A stretch of 60,664 bases of DNA, the filler included, from Trichosphaerium sp. ATCC 40318 (Eukaryota > Protista > Tubulinea), in the NCBI GenBank assembly GCA_038496445.1. It is 4 parts of 4 records of this genome, joined end to end, with 100 filler letters (N's around TTAATTAATTAA, not from the genome) between each part and the next. Parts side by side here need not be neighbours in the genome. Positions count along the whole stretch, not along the records: positions 1 to 19,971 come from JALMLS010000129.1; positions 20,072 to 34,117 come from JALMLS010000263.1; 2 more parts are not named here. One strand, given 5' to 3'. Shown here in pieces: positions 13,216 through 26,231 of this stretch. The stretch's first letter is position 1. Every line of letters begins with the position of its first letter. The position numbers were made by a program, and so were the translations under genes. The notes below the pieces were generated by a model, which saw nothing but the letters and a program-made list of their open reading frames with translations, did no database searches and was not told the origin of the DNA.

Positions 13216-13914
13216 TTATTGTAGGTAAAAGAGTGGCTCTTTGTACCTATTATATAAAATCAAAAACCAAACAACCAAAAAATAGGTAAAAACCAGCTTT
13301 GTGTGATCACAAGGTGAATGTAGCACAGTGTATCATCACAGACGACAACCTTGATACCAGATCAAGGTTGTCTAGGCTAGGTTTTATGTAGTATTAACTA
13401 ATATTGTGTAGTTTTAATAAAGATGGTTGTTCATGCCTTACAATGTAAAATAATGGTCGTTCAACCCTATATAAAATAATGGACAGTCAACCCTATTACA
13501 TGAACACTGTAGACACACCAACCGTCAGAATTAACCCAGCAATGAGCCATCACACATAAACACAACACAGTGTATCATCACAGACGGACAACCTTGATAC
13601 CAGATCAAGGTTGACCTAGGCTAGGTACAACAAAACAAAAGTAACAAATAAAAAATAACAAAAAAAAACAAAGTCAAAAAATTATTGATAACGAGTTACA
13701 GTGGTTCTTTGCCCCTATTATATAAAATCAAAAACCAAACAACCAAAAAATAGGTAAAAACCAGCTTTGTGTGATCACAAGGTCAATGTAATACAGTGTG
13801 TAATCACAGACGACAACCTTGATACCAGATCAAGGTTGTCTAGGCTAGGTTTTACATTCTATAAACAAGCTGTGTGGTATTTGAATATAGTGGTTGATCA
13901 TACCTATTTTATGG
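13216..13914. mobile_element. 699-bp non-coding structured insertion splitting RT motif VMP|FGL
   Basis: Removal restores ATG CCG TTT GGA; ~155-bp direct repeat (13232-13386 / 13700-13854) plus a partial third copy (~13565-13626); each has a hairpin ACAACCTTGAT-ACCAG-ATCAAGGTTG. Confidence 0.85.
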
Positions 13915-16651
13915 TTTGGACTCACTAACACTCCTCCTACTTGGCAGAGATACATGAACTTGGTTCTAGCTGGTCTCACGTGGAAGCTGTGTCTGGTCTA
14001 CATGGATGATGTTATCGTACCTTCTGTAACCTTCGAGGAACATCTTGTCCGCCTTGAAGCGGTATTAAAACGATTTAGATATTATAACGTTACACTTAAA
14101 CCCTCCAAATGCCACTTCTTCAAAACTTCGGTCGATTATTTAGGTTACGTGGTCTCTCAACATGGAATTGCGCCAAATCCAGCTAAGATAGAGTCAGTCC
14201 TCAACACCAAAGCACCTAAAGAACCACGTGACATTCAACAGTTTCTTGGGCTAGTCAACTACTATGCACAGTTCGTTCCAAAACTTGCTTCTAAAGCAGC
14301 ACCTCTTAGAGCTTTACTTAAGAAAGGTGTCGAATGGCAATGGCTTGACAGAGAGATTACAGCGTTTCAATCTATCAAACAAGCTCTCACCACAACTCCT
14401 TGTCTGGCATATCCAGACTTCTCTAAACCCTTTAAACTACACACCGATGCATCAGATTATGGTATTGGCGCTGCGTTAGTTCAAAAAAGCGAGGATGGCA
14501 CAGAGAAAGTTATCAGTTATTATAGCAGATCTCTCAATCAGGCTGAACAAAACTACAGCACTACAATGAAAGAGGTATTGGCTATCGTGGCAGCAGTTCG
14601 AAAATTCAGAGTTTATTTGCTGTCTCAACACTTCAACGTCTACTCAGACCACTCAGTGTTACAGTGGTTCTATAGACACAAAAATCCTGATTCCAAGATG
14701 GTTCGTTGGTCGATCTTCTTATCCCAGTACAACTATACAGTCAAACATAGACCTGGTACGAAGAACTCTGATGCTGACGCTCTATCAAGATCACCCATTG
14801 TTCAAAAACCTGGCACAGCGATCTATACAGCTAGAATTCGCTCTTTCAAGATGCCAGATAAACCTATGCTAAAAACTTATTATGCTCAAAGACAAGACCC
14901 AGATCTACGCTTGTTAATAGAATATATGCATTCTCCAAAAGCGTTTATTGGATATGATAAGTACAACAGGCTTAAAAAGCAGTCTGTTAACCTCTTTCTG
15001 GATGAACATGGCATTCTCAGACGTCGATGGTGCCCATCTAAAGCGCAATTAGCTGATACTGCAGAACGAGTTCAGTTAGTTGTGCCACATTCCTTAAGGC
15101 ACGATATCCTTTCTTCCATGCATGATGATACCCTCTCAGGACACCTAGGTATTGATAAGACATACTTGCGTGTTTTACAGAAGTATTGGTGGCCAGGTGT
15201 CAAGCGTGATGTTATGTATTGGATCAAATCTTGCAACCTTTGTCAAACTGGCAAAGTCAAACGTCAAGCTTGCTGGTGCTCCAATGGGAATGGTTACCTC
15301 TTCGTACCCTTTCCAAGTAATTGCTGCTGATCTTATTACAGCATTACCAGAGACGAAACTAGGTAACAAAAACATCTTGTGTGTTGTTGACTATTTCACT
15401 CGATTCGCTATCGTGGTACCAGTACCAGATAAGAAATCTTCCACTATTGCACGTGTTTTATTCGAGCATGTTATATCACAATATGGTGCTCCTGAAGTCT
15501 TTCTCTCTGATCAAGGTGGTGAGTTTGTCAAGCACATACAGGAACTTATGGATATGATTAACATGGACAAACGACAAACATCTGCATATCACCCTCAATG
15601 TGATGGATTGGTAGAACAATTTAATTCTACCTTAATACAAACAGTTAAGATGTACTGCAATGAAGATCAAAATGATTGGGATGATTACTTGCCTGCGGCT
15701 ACATTTGCATACAACACAGCAGTACATGCAGAGCTGAAAAAAACGCCTTTTTATTTGCTACATGGGTTTCGTGCTGTTCAACCTATAGATCAAGCACTTG
15801 GAGTGCTGCCTGTTTCTAAAATCCATAGCCAGTACTTAAAAAAGGTGGCCAAGACACTCAAGGTCGCTAGACACAACGCAGAAGAGGCTAGGAAGATCAC
15901 TCATGAAAAACAGGCTAAAAGATACAACGCAAAACGTAAATCTACATCTTTTGCGGTTGGTGATCAAGTTATCAAGTATCGTGATAAGCCGTTTGATTAC
16001 GGACAACCTGACAAGCTATTTTTTGCATATGAAGGTCCTTATACAATTGCTCGAGTCCTAAGTCCTATTACTTATATGCTTACTGATTGGAATGGTGATT
16101 TATTGGAGTCTGCGTATCATGTTACAAAGCTATTGCCTTATCATGATCCAGCTAAGAGATTGTATTCGTCAGAAGATATATTGGATGATGTAGAAGAAGA
16201 TATTCAAGTAGACGATGTGGATCCTGTATCAAATATTTCTTCCAACGCCCAGTCAGTTTCTGATGAAGATTCTAACTCTTCAGTTCTTACTTCTCAACCT
16301 CAGGCAGATCTTTCTTTTATTCCTGCCTTCCCTATTGCTTCTCAGTCGCGTCACACTCGTAGCCGTACAAAAAATGCTGGCTCTGCATTCAAATTGGCAC
16401 TTCACGATATGCTGGCTGAAGTGTTAAAAAGAGATTCTGAAAAAAGGTTTAGTCAACAAGTTTTTCTTCATTATCACAGTTCACTTATGGATTTATTAAC
16501 ATCATCGCATTCACCTTTTGTTACTAGTTTCCATAGAAAAGAGCATTTCCATGCTCAATTACAAAACGTTACTAAGGCTCCTGATTTTATTCAATTCTTG
16601 CGGGTATTGGTGGATCATTTCAAAGATGTCTTTAAATACGAGCTCAAATAG
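13915..16651 (+). CDS. pol: RT C-terminal half - RNase H - integrase (one frameshift near 15265)
   Basis: FGLTNTP, YMDD, FLGLVNYY, HTDASDYG, DALSR; integrase HDDTLSGHLG...CNLC, VVDYFTRF, SDQGGEF, YHPQCDGLVEQFN, EGPY; no chromodomain recognised. Confidence 0.92.
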
Positions 16652-16678
16652 ATGTTATCTCGCTCTGGTGTGGGAGAA

Positions 16679-17035
16679 TGTCATATACACGTCTCACGTG
16701 ATGACTTAGATAACTTAAGCTTACATATTCATGGCTTATTCGTTCTTTTGCTCTTTCCTTATTTGCTAAATCTAGGTTCCTGCAAATTAACTAATCGTTC
16801 ACATATTTGCTCCGTGATGTTTCGTGTAGACTATGAAAACCATTATCGATGTCTATAGTCTATTGGGATGTTATTATCACGAAACTTGTTCACGAAGTAA
16901 CTCGAAGTCTATTCAAGATGTTTCACACGCCACGAGATACACTCACTTACTAGAAACGCTCATCTAAGACATTGTAATACGTTCATGTAATAAACAGATT
17001 TAACTAATTACACAAGCGTTACAACATCTCTTACA
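16679..17035 (+). repeat. 3' LTR (357 bp), preceded by purine-rich GGTGTGGGAGAA
   Basis: Direct repeat of 9692-10048, followed by the TSD GCGTC. Confidence 0.97.
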
Positions 17036-17513
17036 GCGTCTAACGTAAAGTCAACAAACAAGAGGCGTAACAACAGGTAGAGGCAATGACTACCAATGTA
17101 CTCGGAAAAGTTGTTGGTTGTTATATTGTGTCTGTGACTTTTAATAAAACAAGGGTCTCAGGCTTCGTGACCAAGCGGTCAAGCCAAGAGATACTTTCTC
17201 CTACATCCGGTGTTGTTGTTGTTTGTAGGAACCAATGGACAATAGGGTTCTAGCACTTTTAACAAAGAAACAATAAATACACACGTGGTCTTTGCAAAAT
17301 AATTCCATTTCACAGCGTTACATGCATCTGTTACCTTTATAAACAACTTATTCGGTTAATCATTTATGTACTACAGATAAACGAGTGATAGGTATTATGT
17401 CCATTACAAAAAGGTCGAGTTTATTGTAATTACATTTCGGCTTCTGACCGTTCATGTTCTATGATTGCTTTTATTGTTTGAACCAAATCATGTATACACT
17501 TCCTTCCAGAACT

Positions 17514-19971
17514 CTATCGCTTCCACAAGGAACTTATGTAGTGCCATAAGGTATTTACAGAGCGAATAAAATAGTAAGGGACATGGTATATCCTATTAGA
17601 TAAACTAGTAAGTATTTAATTCAAAAAAAAAAAACATAATAAAAAGAGAAGACGCACGAGGTTGATAGGTAGATTACAGGAAAGAATATAAAATGAAACA
17701 CATCAAAGGCTTTAGTAATAGCATTCTTTTTTGGTTTTGGAGGGTTAACTATACTAGCATACATCTTTTTGCAGGTACTAAACTGTTAGACTTCAAGCCA
17801 ATAGCGTGACATGTATTTTATTACATACGATCTTGCTGCATCACGCATTTCTTTATCTGATATATTCTCATTAGCACACGCCTAACTCTTTTTGTGAGAA
17901 AATCATTTGTAACAGAAGATGGGTATTGTACAAGTTTAGCAGCAATAAATTTGATGAAATCATGATGGTCTGGTATATCTGGAGATTCAAGATAAGTGGA
18001 ATACATTTCAAGCCTATTATCAATTTATAAGTCAAAACCAATAATGTGCACGTGTAACAAAGTATTGAAAAACCACTAGAAAGAGTACGATTGTTTTGTG
18101 TGTTGTGCTATGATGATTGGGATGCATGTTTTAACTAGTTCCATTTTCACACTGTCACTGTCACCTATTAGGATAGAGTTCCGTTATTAGTATCCACAAT
18201 ATTGATGATGTTGTAAATATAAGCGTACTAGGTTTATAAACATCTTTGTCAAGGAAGAATGGTTCAAGGAGAGGTAAGAACTCATTTTGCCATGGTATTT
18301 CAGGTGTTGAAATATATAAAACAAATTCGTTTAAAGCCACAACGTCACTATAACGTAGTCCTGGATCTTCACCTTTGTATACACGCCACATTGCATTTTC
18401 TATTGCAGTAAATGATTGAAATCGTGCACCGTACGATAGTACTTCATGAATATCCTGCCATGAAGAACAAATAAGGATCTAAAGTAACATCTTTTAGGAA
18501 AAAAATCGTACAGAAAACGATGCTGTATTTACATCAAAGCCTGGCATTGGAGCAAGGCTTTCCTTGATGTAGTTCATCAATTTACGATTTTTGAAAGCTG
18601 ATACACCAAGTATAGCTGTATATAGTAAGTATATTAACAAGTAGCACTTGACTTACTAATCTGGTCGAGCATCCAATTAATAGGTGAATATGAATCTAGT
18701 ATTATGTTCCAGTCTATTGGGACATCCCTCCACTATTGTATACTTAAAAATCAAATTGGTTACATTCAAAATACCTTGGGTACTACTGGATTCTTCAATG
18801 GATGATCAGTAACTTAAACAAAGATGATTAGAACGTATGAATATTTTGAAGAGTTTCAAAAAAGAAAGTTGTACGTTCACATTTCTTGTCAATGTATGCA
18901 ATCACATCAAATCGAAATGGTTCTTTTCCAAAGTTTACACTACACTTAGCACTGTTTGATCTCATACCAATAGTTGGAAAGAACATTTGTGCTTCAATAT
19001 CAGGCTACAAGCAACACAGTCATTAACAAAGTATGAAACAAAAAGAAAAAGAAGGAGTACATAAGGAATAACGCCAATAAAGTTGCCATTCTTTGTAAAG
19101 AACATTTCTTTTTCTTGAAAGTCAAATCCACATCCAATTGTGTCATGAAGTCCCCACTTTTCTTTAAATGTGTATGTCCATGCATTTTCTAAAAGTAAAT
19201 CAAATTAAGCATAAAAGTCCATCACTTTTTGATTGCACAACAAAAAAGCCCATCTTACGAAAGTAGAAGCCACCATCACCTCTAAAAAAACACAAACAAT
19301 TAATAAACACTTTCATTTAGAGCCAAGTATTACCCATGATATCCGTATGAACAGTTTTTACATCCTGGCAACGCCTTGGTTTTTTCATAATGCTTGATAG
19401 CAGCACCCATACCAATAACACTATTTTTGAAATTTATTAGCAAAATTAGCTCATTAGCAAACCGCTTACCAAGGATGCTCACCGCTATCAATAACATAGA
19501 TCTCGTAGTATGATACTGATGCGATTTTACCAAAGGGAAGTGGTCTCATTGGATGTGATGCTTGACAGCTCTAAATACGATTAAGCAATGCAATACAGAA
19601 AGAAGCATTCCTCACCATAGCCCTATCTTCGCCAATTTTTGTTACCTCAGTATTGTCGTTTGAGAAACGTAAGAGTTGATCATGTTCTTCTACAAGAATA
19701 ATAAAAGTCACGTGCGTGAATAAATAACATAAAGTTGTAGTCGTACCTTCTTTTACAAGTCTAAGTGATGACATGTATTCATGGAGTGGATATCGGTCTT
19801 TGAACAGTTGTTTCCATGTCATACCTTTTGGAAGACGGTGAACCCATTTATATTTGCTACAAATCATCGCCTATTGTTTGTAACGCATGTTAGGATAAGT
19901 ATTGGATGCGTAAGATGCGTACCCAAAGAGATTCAGCGGAATACATCTTTTTCCAACTCTTTGACACTAAT
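17514..19971 (-). CDS. F-box + SPRY domain protein, copy B (inverted paralogue; 5' end lost in gap)
   Basis: Colinear reverse-complement similarity to ~5520-8010 including most introns; same peptides (MICSKYKWV.RLPKGMTWKQLFKDRYP, YLESPDIPDHHDFI). Confidence 0.82.
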
Positions 19972-20071
19972 NNNNNNNNNNNNNNNNNNNNNNNNNNNNN
20001 NNNNNNNNNNNNNNNTTAATTAATTAANNNNNNNNNNNNNNNNNNNNNNNNNNNNNNNNNNNNNNNNNNNN
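19972..20071. other. Assembly gap with six-frame-stop linker
   Basis: N-run, TTAATTAATTAA, N-run; same structure at the other two gaps. Confidence 0.95.
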
Positions 20072-20281
20072 CGCTTTACTGTACTGGTCTATAACTTGTA
20101 ACAGCTGTTTGATATTTTCTCACTATTTTACTAAATAGTGCTTCCTCGTTCAGCTACTGAAATAACCAATAAGTTTAAGTTGTTGTAAAGACATTGTGAT
20201 AATCTGCATTGAAGTGAAACAAACCAAATTATGGACAATTAACAAGTATACTACAAATATTACAAGCGCACTGTACAAATG

Positions 20282-23200
20282 CTACATATCAAAATCGCTG
20301 TCATCTTCTTCATCACTGGATGAATCCACCACTCGTCGCCTTCTCTTTGGTACCTTCTTTGGTTGCGGTCTAGATTTTCTAGCTTGTACTTCGCTTTCTT
20401 CACTATCTTCTTGTTCTTCTTCATCCTCACTGCTACTAGCAAGCTCCACAGCACGTCTTGCTTTTTTCTTTGTGTTTTTTGACGTCTTCTTGGTTTTTGA
20501 TGAAGACTTCTTTTTGCTCTTTTTTACAACAACTTCTTCCTCTTCTTCCTCGCTTTCACTTTCAGACTCATCGCTGTACCTCTTGACACGTTGTCCACAA
20601 GGAATATCATCAAAAGAGTCTTCTTCAACGCTTTCATCATCGCCACCAGCATCTGAGCTGCCTGAGTCTCCACTTTGACCGTCTTCCTCAGCGCTCTCTT
20701 CACTGCTATCACAATCCATCATGTCTTCATCCTAGACGAAATTAACAATCAGCAGCAAACCAAATAAAAAGAATCAAATCCTAAAAAAAACCGAGTCACG
20801 TGACATACCTTTGTGTTGTCCTTTTTTTTAGTTGGTTTCTTTCCACGTTTTCCTTTGGCTTTACGTCTTCTCTTTGCATCTCTACCGAAAGACTCTGAAT
20901 CAGAAGACTCATCGTTCTGAGATTGATCAGATATCCAACCGTCTCCAACTTCCTCAACATCCTCATACTCTTGACTCCTTGAAACCTTACTCTTTCTTCT
21001 CTTTCCTCCTGTTTTCTTCCCTCCAGACTTTGTACCTCCATCTGCCTTTGTTGTAGCAACATCCTTAACTAAAGTATTCGTCTGTTTATGTTGTTCTATG
21101 ACTCTTGTAATCTGTCCATCAAGTTCATCAAGACCAGCCTTAACACTTGATTTTACAAACTTTTTCGCTTTTGATACAATCCCTTGGAATGAAGAGTGTA
21201 CTGATGTATATCTTAGAGCTTTCTTGTAATACTTGAACATGTCCAAAAGTTTTTTCATCGCTTTGTCTCCATATGACATTAAAGTGAGACAATATGCAAT
21301 GTTACTCCATTGTACCGGATCTATACAACTGTTACTAGGTGACTAAATGTTGGATCACTTTGTTAGAGGGTCAGTACCTTCTGTTTGGGAGAATCTGTGA
21401 CAGAGTTTTTCTACAAGTCCAACAACTTGGACTTCTTTTTCGATGAATGCGAACAGGTATTGTACAATCTCTTTAAATTGTTCTACTGTTGTTCCTTCGT
21501 TATTGGAGAGCGCTGTTACTGTTCCAGGAAGTACGTTATATACAGCATTACCCTATGGGTGACATTAATGTCAAGACAACATTGGTATAAATTAGAAAAC
21601 TCGTTGACAACATTTTTGTCGAATTTCACATGGCGTACTTTGCATGATAACTCGTGAAAGAATAATCGAGCTAGGTTTGCTATACGTTCTTCAGGGTCTT
21701 TTAAACACATAGCAATCTCAGTCATTTGTGATTTCAACTGTTAAAACAAGTTAGCTAAAACCAAATATTTCACGTCATGAAAAAAACGCTGAAAATGCAT
21801 GCCTTGATCATGTCGTTTAGGACCAGATGTGTTACTACCATCAAAGCATTCTTTCCTTTAATAAGTTTTAGTAATCTTAGTTGTTTGTTGCTATCACACA
21901 AAGACGTACGAACACGTGATTCTTTGTCAGTTAATCTAGTAAAAATCTTTGGCGTATAAGGCTCCAAAACATTTGGAAACCGACCTGCCATATCTCCCAA
22001 TGCAATAAGGATATTGGCACGAAGTGCTGTACTTGAGTCATTCTAATAGTTCATTCCCATTAGTAAAGAAGAAAAACAAGGAGGCGGTGGCGTACTTCAA
22101 GAATGTCGAACAAAAGGTCCAAGTTCTCTTTGCAAAAGTCTTTCGAGACAATCATGGATGTAGCTAGTGTTAAAACAGCTGTTCTACGAACTACTGATCC
22201 TTGCCATTTACCAGAAGGATCCTAAAATAAATATAAGTACAAATATCCTTTAGAAATGGAAGACAAAACGAGCAGTACATACCTTCGCAACTGACATGAG
22301 AAGAGGCAAGAATTTGCCTACAATATTTTTTTTGATTAATTCCTTCTCTGCTGTCATTTGTCGCTGTTCTGCCTCTAATTCTCTTGTTGTAGAACCAACA
22401 CCCAATTCTCGTTCTATAGCTTCTTCATCAGAGTCACCATCTCTATGTCATTTCAGTGTCAATCAACAAAAACCAAAAATGAATCTTACCCTTCATTAGA
22501 CTTTTTATGCTGTAGCTCGACCTCTAGCGCTTCTATATGGACTAAATGCTTAAGCACTGTTTTACCAATGACAAAGAATATCTTTGTGAGAGTGACATCC
22601 TTTGAATCTTTTGCTTCTAATGGAGCTGAATCTTCAAGTTGATCACCATCATCATTGTCATTACTATCAAAAAGTCTTGCTGTCATATCTTTTATAACTT
22701 GCGTTATAACGTCCCCTGGCTTATCTGCTATGGCATATACAGTATTTATAGCTTGTTCAGCGCCAGGATACCAATTATCAAGAGGCATACTTGGCGCATC
22801 AATGATAAGACTTAATTTACTGAACAGAGGGTTTGACGTGCTCAATCGGACCTAAAGGCAAAAAAACTTGTAAGAAAAAAGTTATTTGATAATAGTGGGT
22901 ACCTTGTCATGACCAATATGACTCACTGCTATACATGAGTATTTAGCTATATAAGGATCCTCTCTTGCACGTTGACCCATAGCGTGTTGTATAAGTACAT
23001 TTAGTTTACCACTAACAACACCAGGCTTCGCTGCACCTATTTTTTTTGTATTATTTTACAAGTATTTCCAAAGCACTATTTAACAAAGCGTAGTACTTTT
23101 TTTACGTACCTAGCATAGCTAGCGCAATAAGAGCCCCTCTTCCTTCTATGGCTTCGCTACCCTTGGTTTTACTTGCTAAAGAAGGAAGGATTAGATCAAC

Positions 23201-25895
23201 GAAGAAATAAAGAGGAGAAAAGAAATTAGTTGAGAATGGCGCTTACCAAATAGCTCCCATAAGGTATTAATGACTTGATTAGGAACATCTCCATTTGATA
23301 CAAGTTTCTTAAGCATCTCTTCAAGCGATGTAAGTTCACCCAAAGTAGCACCTGGAGCAGAAAATTTAGAAGAAAAGAAGACGAAGAATAGAACAAGAAA
23401 AAAAAAGTTTCTGTACCGTTTGTGAGGGAAGCTATGCCTTTTGCAACAAACAAGTGACGCATTCTTATTTCATAGTTACTTGGTGGTGTCAAATATAGAT
23501 GCTTATAAGCGTTGACAACAGCTTCAACAACATTTGTCTCTTTACTCCAAACAAGAGCCAATAACTTTCGAATACCAACCTTAGCAGCAGATACATGAAA
23601 GTTATCAGCAGTCACCAAAAGTTGTATTGTTTCAAGAACATCACTCATATTCTTTGAACCAAGTAACTCAACAGCAACATTAATACCCTTATGCATAAGC
23701 TGAATGAACTCAATAGCGTCTTCATAGTACTTTATAAGCTTCACGAACTTTTCTCTTTGATCATCAAGTTCCTCAATACGTCCCATATCTGCTTCATCTC
23801 TACCTGATGCATTGAGGTGATTGAGGGTCTGATGGGCGCTTTGTAGTTTGTTCTCGAATGATGATAGGTTCATTTGAGGTGAGTATGGGTTGTATCTTAT
23901 AAGGTTTGTTATGAGATGGATAGCATTCTTTCTGACTTGAGCTGCACGATCTTCTAGTCTTCCTGTTGTTTGTTCTGACACTTTGAGGTAAAGGAAAAGA
24001 GGTAACGCTTTTTGTTGAGCTAGAAAGTCCCAAGTTTGAATAACACGGCTGCGTGTGTATGCGTTTACGTCTCTAAACCGTTGAAGAAGTAGTTGGAGTA
24101 GTGAATCACGTGTTGTTGTACTTTCAGCCTATTGAAGAAAAGAAGTGTCAAAAACATTCAATGAACAAAAAGTGCTTTAGCACTTCGTTTCTGGCTTACC
24201 TTATCATTCTGATCATCTTGTTCGCTGTCTTTTGATTTAAACGCTTTAATAATCAAGTGACCAATCGATGTGACAACACCTAACAAACACAAAATATCAG
24301 AAAAGTCAGGAATGTCAAGTTTGTATGTAAGCTACCATTTCTTAAAACGTATGATTCAGCTTCGAGGTGACGTCGTAATAAGCTATTTATGGAGTTAATA
24401 ACACTCTTACAATGAATATTGATTGTTTACCTGACACACGCGAGGACACGATGAGGTGAACGTTGTGAGAGTGTCACTAGAAAATTAGCTATTGATTTGG
24501 CTGCTGTTGTATTCCTCACGAGTTCCTTTGGTGACAGTTTGCTAATCTCTCTAATAACATCTCCAATGATTTGTGTTTGGCCATAAGGAGGATCCACAAG
24601 TATAGCCATAAATTCAGCTAGAGGTTCAGCAACGTGATCATACTATTAAATGAAATAAACACTTCAATCTAAATTCAAAAAAAAACCAAACAACCACGAA
24701 CAGTGACTGCATGTTCTTTGATTTGGTGATAACGTACTTTATTCAATAAATGCATGCTAGCAGTGACTATGTGTATACCATGCTTGTACTAAAATGAAAG
24801 TATCAGTAAAGCATTGTTGACATTTTTTCTTAAAAGTTTCTGGTTTTTTTTTTTTCTTTTATACCTTTGAAGCTAAAGTGCCAAGCACTCCAAAAATTTC
24901 CGTTCTGACAGCTTTATTCTTTGTATTAGATGTGTTTTCTAGAAGCTGGAATGCTATACAATATGTCAATAACGAAATTAAATAACGTGACATGATACAA
25001 TAAGCTGTAAAAGTGTTTGAACGAACCCGACTTATTAAACATTGTAAGAAATTCTTCCTCGGGTTTTGGCAAGTTCCATAATCGTTGTAAGTTGTTAACA
25101 CGCAATACATTCGCCATTAATCGTATCACACGCTCTTTTTCAGATGCTACATCCCACACAGAGTCGCTTGTAACTGTTTTTTTTCTTTTTCTTCCTCTCT
25201 GACCTCCCTTTATGATTTTAATGTTTAGATTATAATTATTCATGGCGTACAGGCCTTGATGCATTGATTGTTTTGCTTCTTTCTTCAAATCTACAAAAAA
25301 ATTCGTTTTAAACTTTTCGCGCATTTTTTTTTCATATTGTACCTGTAGATTAGACGCGCGAGGAGAAATACGGTCGCTTTTAGAGCGTTTCTAACTAATG
25401 TGACAGTTTCTCTATAATCAGCGGCATCTAAGCGAAGTGGTTGTTCTACTACTGAAGAAGCGCCATTTGTAAGCGATTTCAGAACGTCTGCACCGTTAGT
25501 AAGAAACACTGTCATCGCATTTTGGTGTGTACCTTCTAACATGTTGAAAAATCGCGTCTGGGTTCCAGGTGGGAGCGAATCAAACCGCCTAGCAATAGTT
25601 TAGTTATAATCGATCAATAACCGATTTGTGTTACATTGTAAGGCAGTATGTTGGTGCAAATGTCTCTGGGTCTATAATACTGGTCCCTGTAGGCTGTTCA
25701 TCATCTGCCTGTTTAAAATTTGTTTCCAGCTCTGCTGTCGCGTTAAAAACGTTCAATTAGTTAGCGTGTACCATCTAGCAGTTTGTGTAACTTTGTTTCT
25801 GGGAAACCTTCAACATCTGCTTCTTTATTGACGCTATAGGCATGACCACTACGAAATAGATCCTCAAAGTGGAGTGGGATTTTAAATTCTTGCAT
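20282..25895 (-). CDS. NCAPD2: Condensin I non-SMC subunit CAP-D2 (Cnd1/Ycs4), multi-exon
   Basis: MQEFKIPLHFEDL start; LQRLWNLPKPEEEF; QRFRDVNAYTRSRVIQTW; GRLEDRAAQVRKNAIHL; DMAGRFPNVLEPYT; ALMVVTHLVLNDMIK; EIAMCLKDPEERIANLARLFFHELS; acidic/basic tail. Confidence 0.9.
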
Positions 25896-26231
25896 GTCCC
25901 GCTCAGCACGTCAAAAACTTATAATGTTTGCAAAAAAAACAAGTTTTCAATGAATAGATCGTTTAAGTCTAATGTCAAACACAAACGCGCTAAATATCTC
26001 TGTGCGCTGAATAGGCTACAAGTCCTTTTTGTGAGCCCTACACTGTCTCAATGAATATTTTTATACAATGTGATGCTATACAGAACGGTTTGAGGTTAAA
26101 CAGATGGCCACATTGTGTTGTAGGGTTTTCTGTAAAAGTCCGAAAACTCATATTTTTTTTGTGCACTGTAGAGTAAATAACATAATTCTTGCGCAAGACC
26201 ACGTGAACGAGTAATTATTACATCTTTGGCA

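Larger units (their letters stand above)
9692..17035 (+). mobile_element. Ty3/Gypsy LTR retrotransposon, full length and young
   Basis: TG...CA LTRs at 9692-10048 and 16679-17035; 5-bp TSD GCGTC at 9687-9691 and 17036-17040; gag-PR-RT-RH-IN order. Confidence 0.97.

Noticed and set aside
13216-13914. RT insertion as a spliceosomal or group II intron, hammerhead retrozyme, or CRISPR array
   Set aside because: The obvious GT-AG pairs near the ends do not restore the frame; no GUGYG/domain V or CUGANGA-GAAA core seen; only three repeats with irregular spacing and no cas genes.
20016-20027. TTAATTAATTAA palindrome inside N runs (also at the other two gaps)
   Set aside because: Artificial scaffolding linker with stops in six frames.
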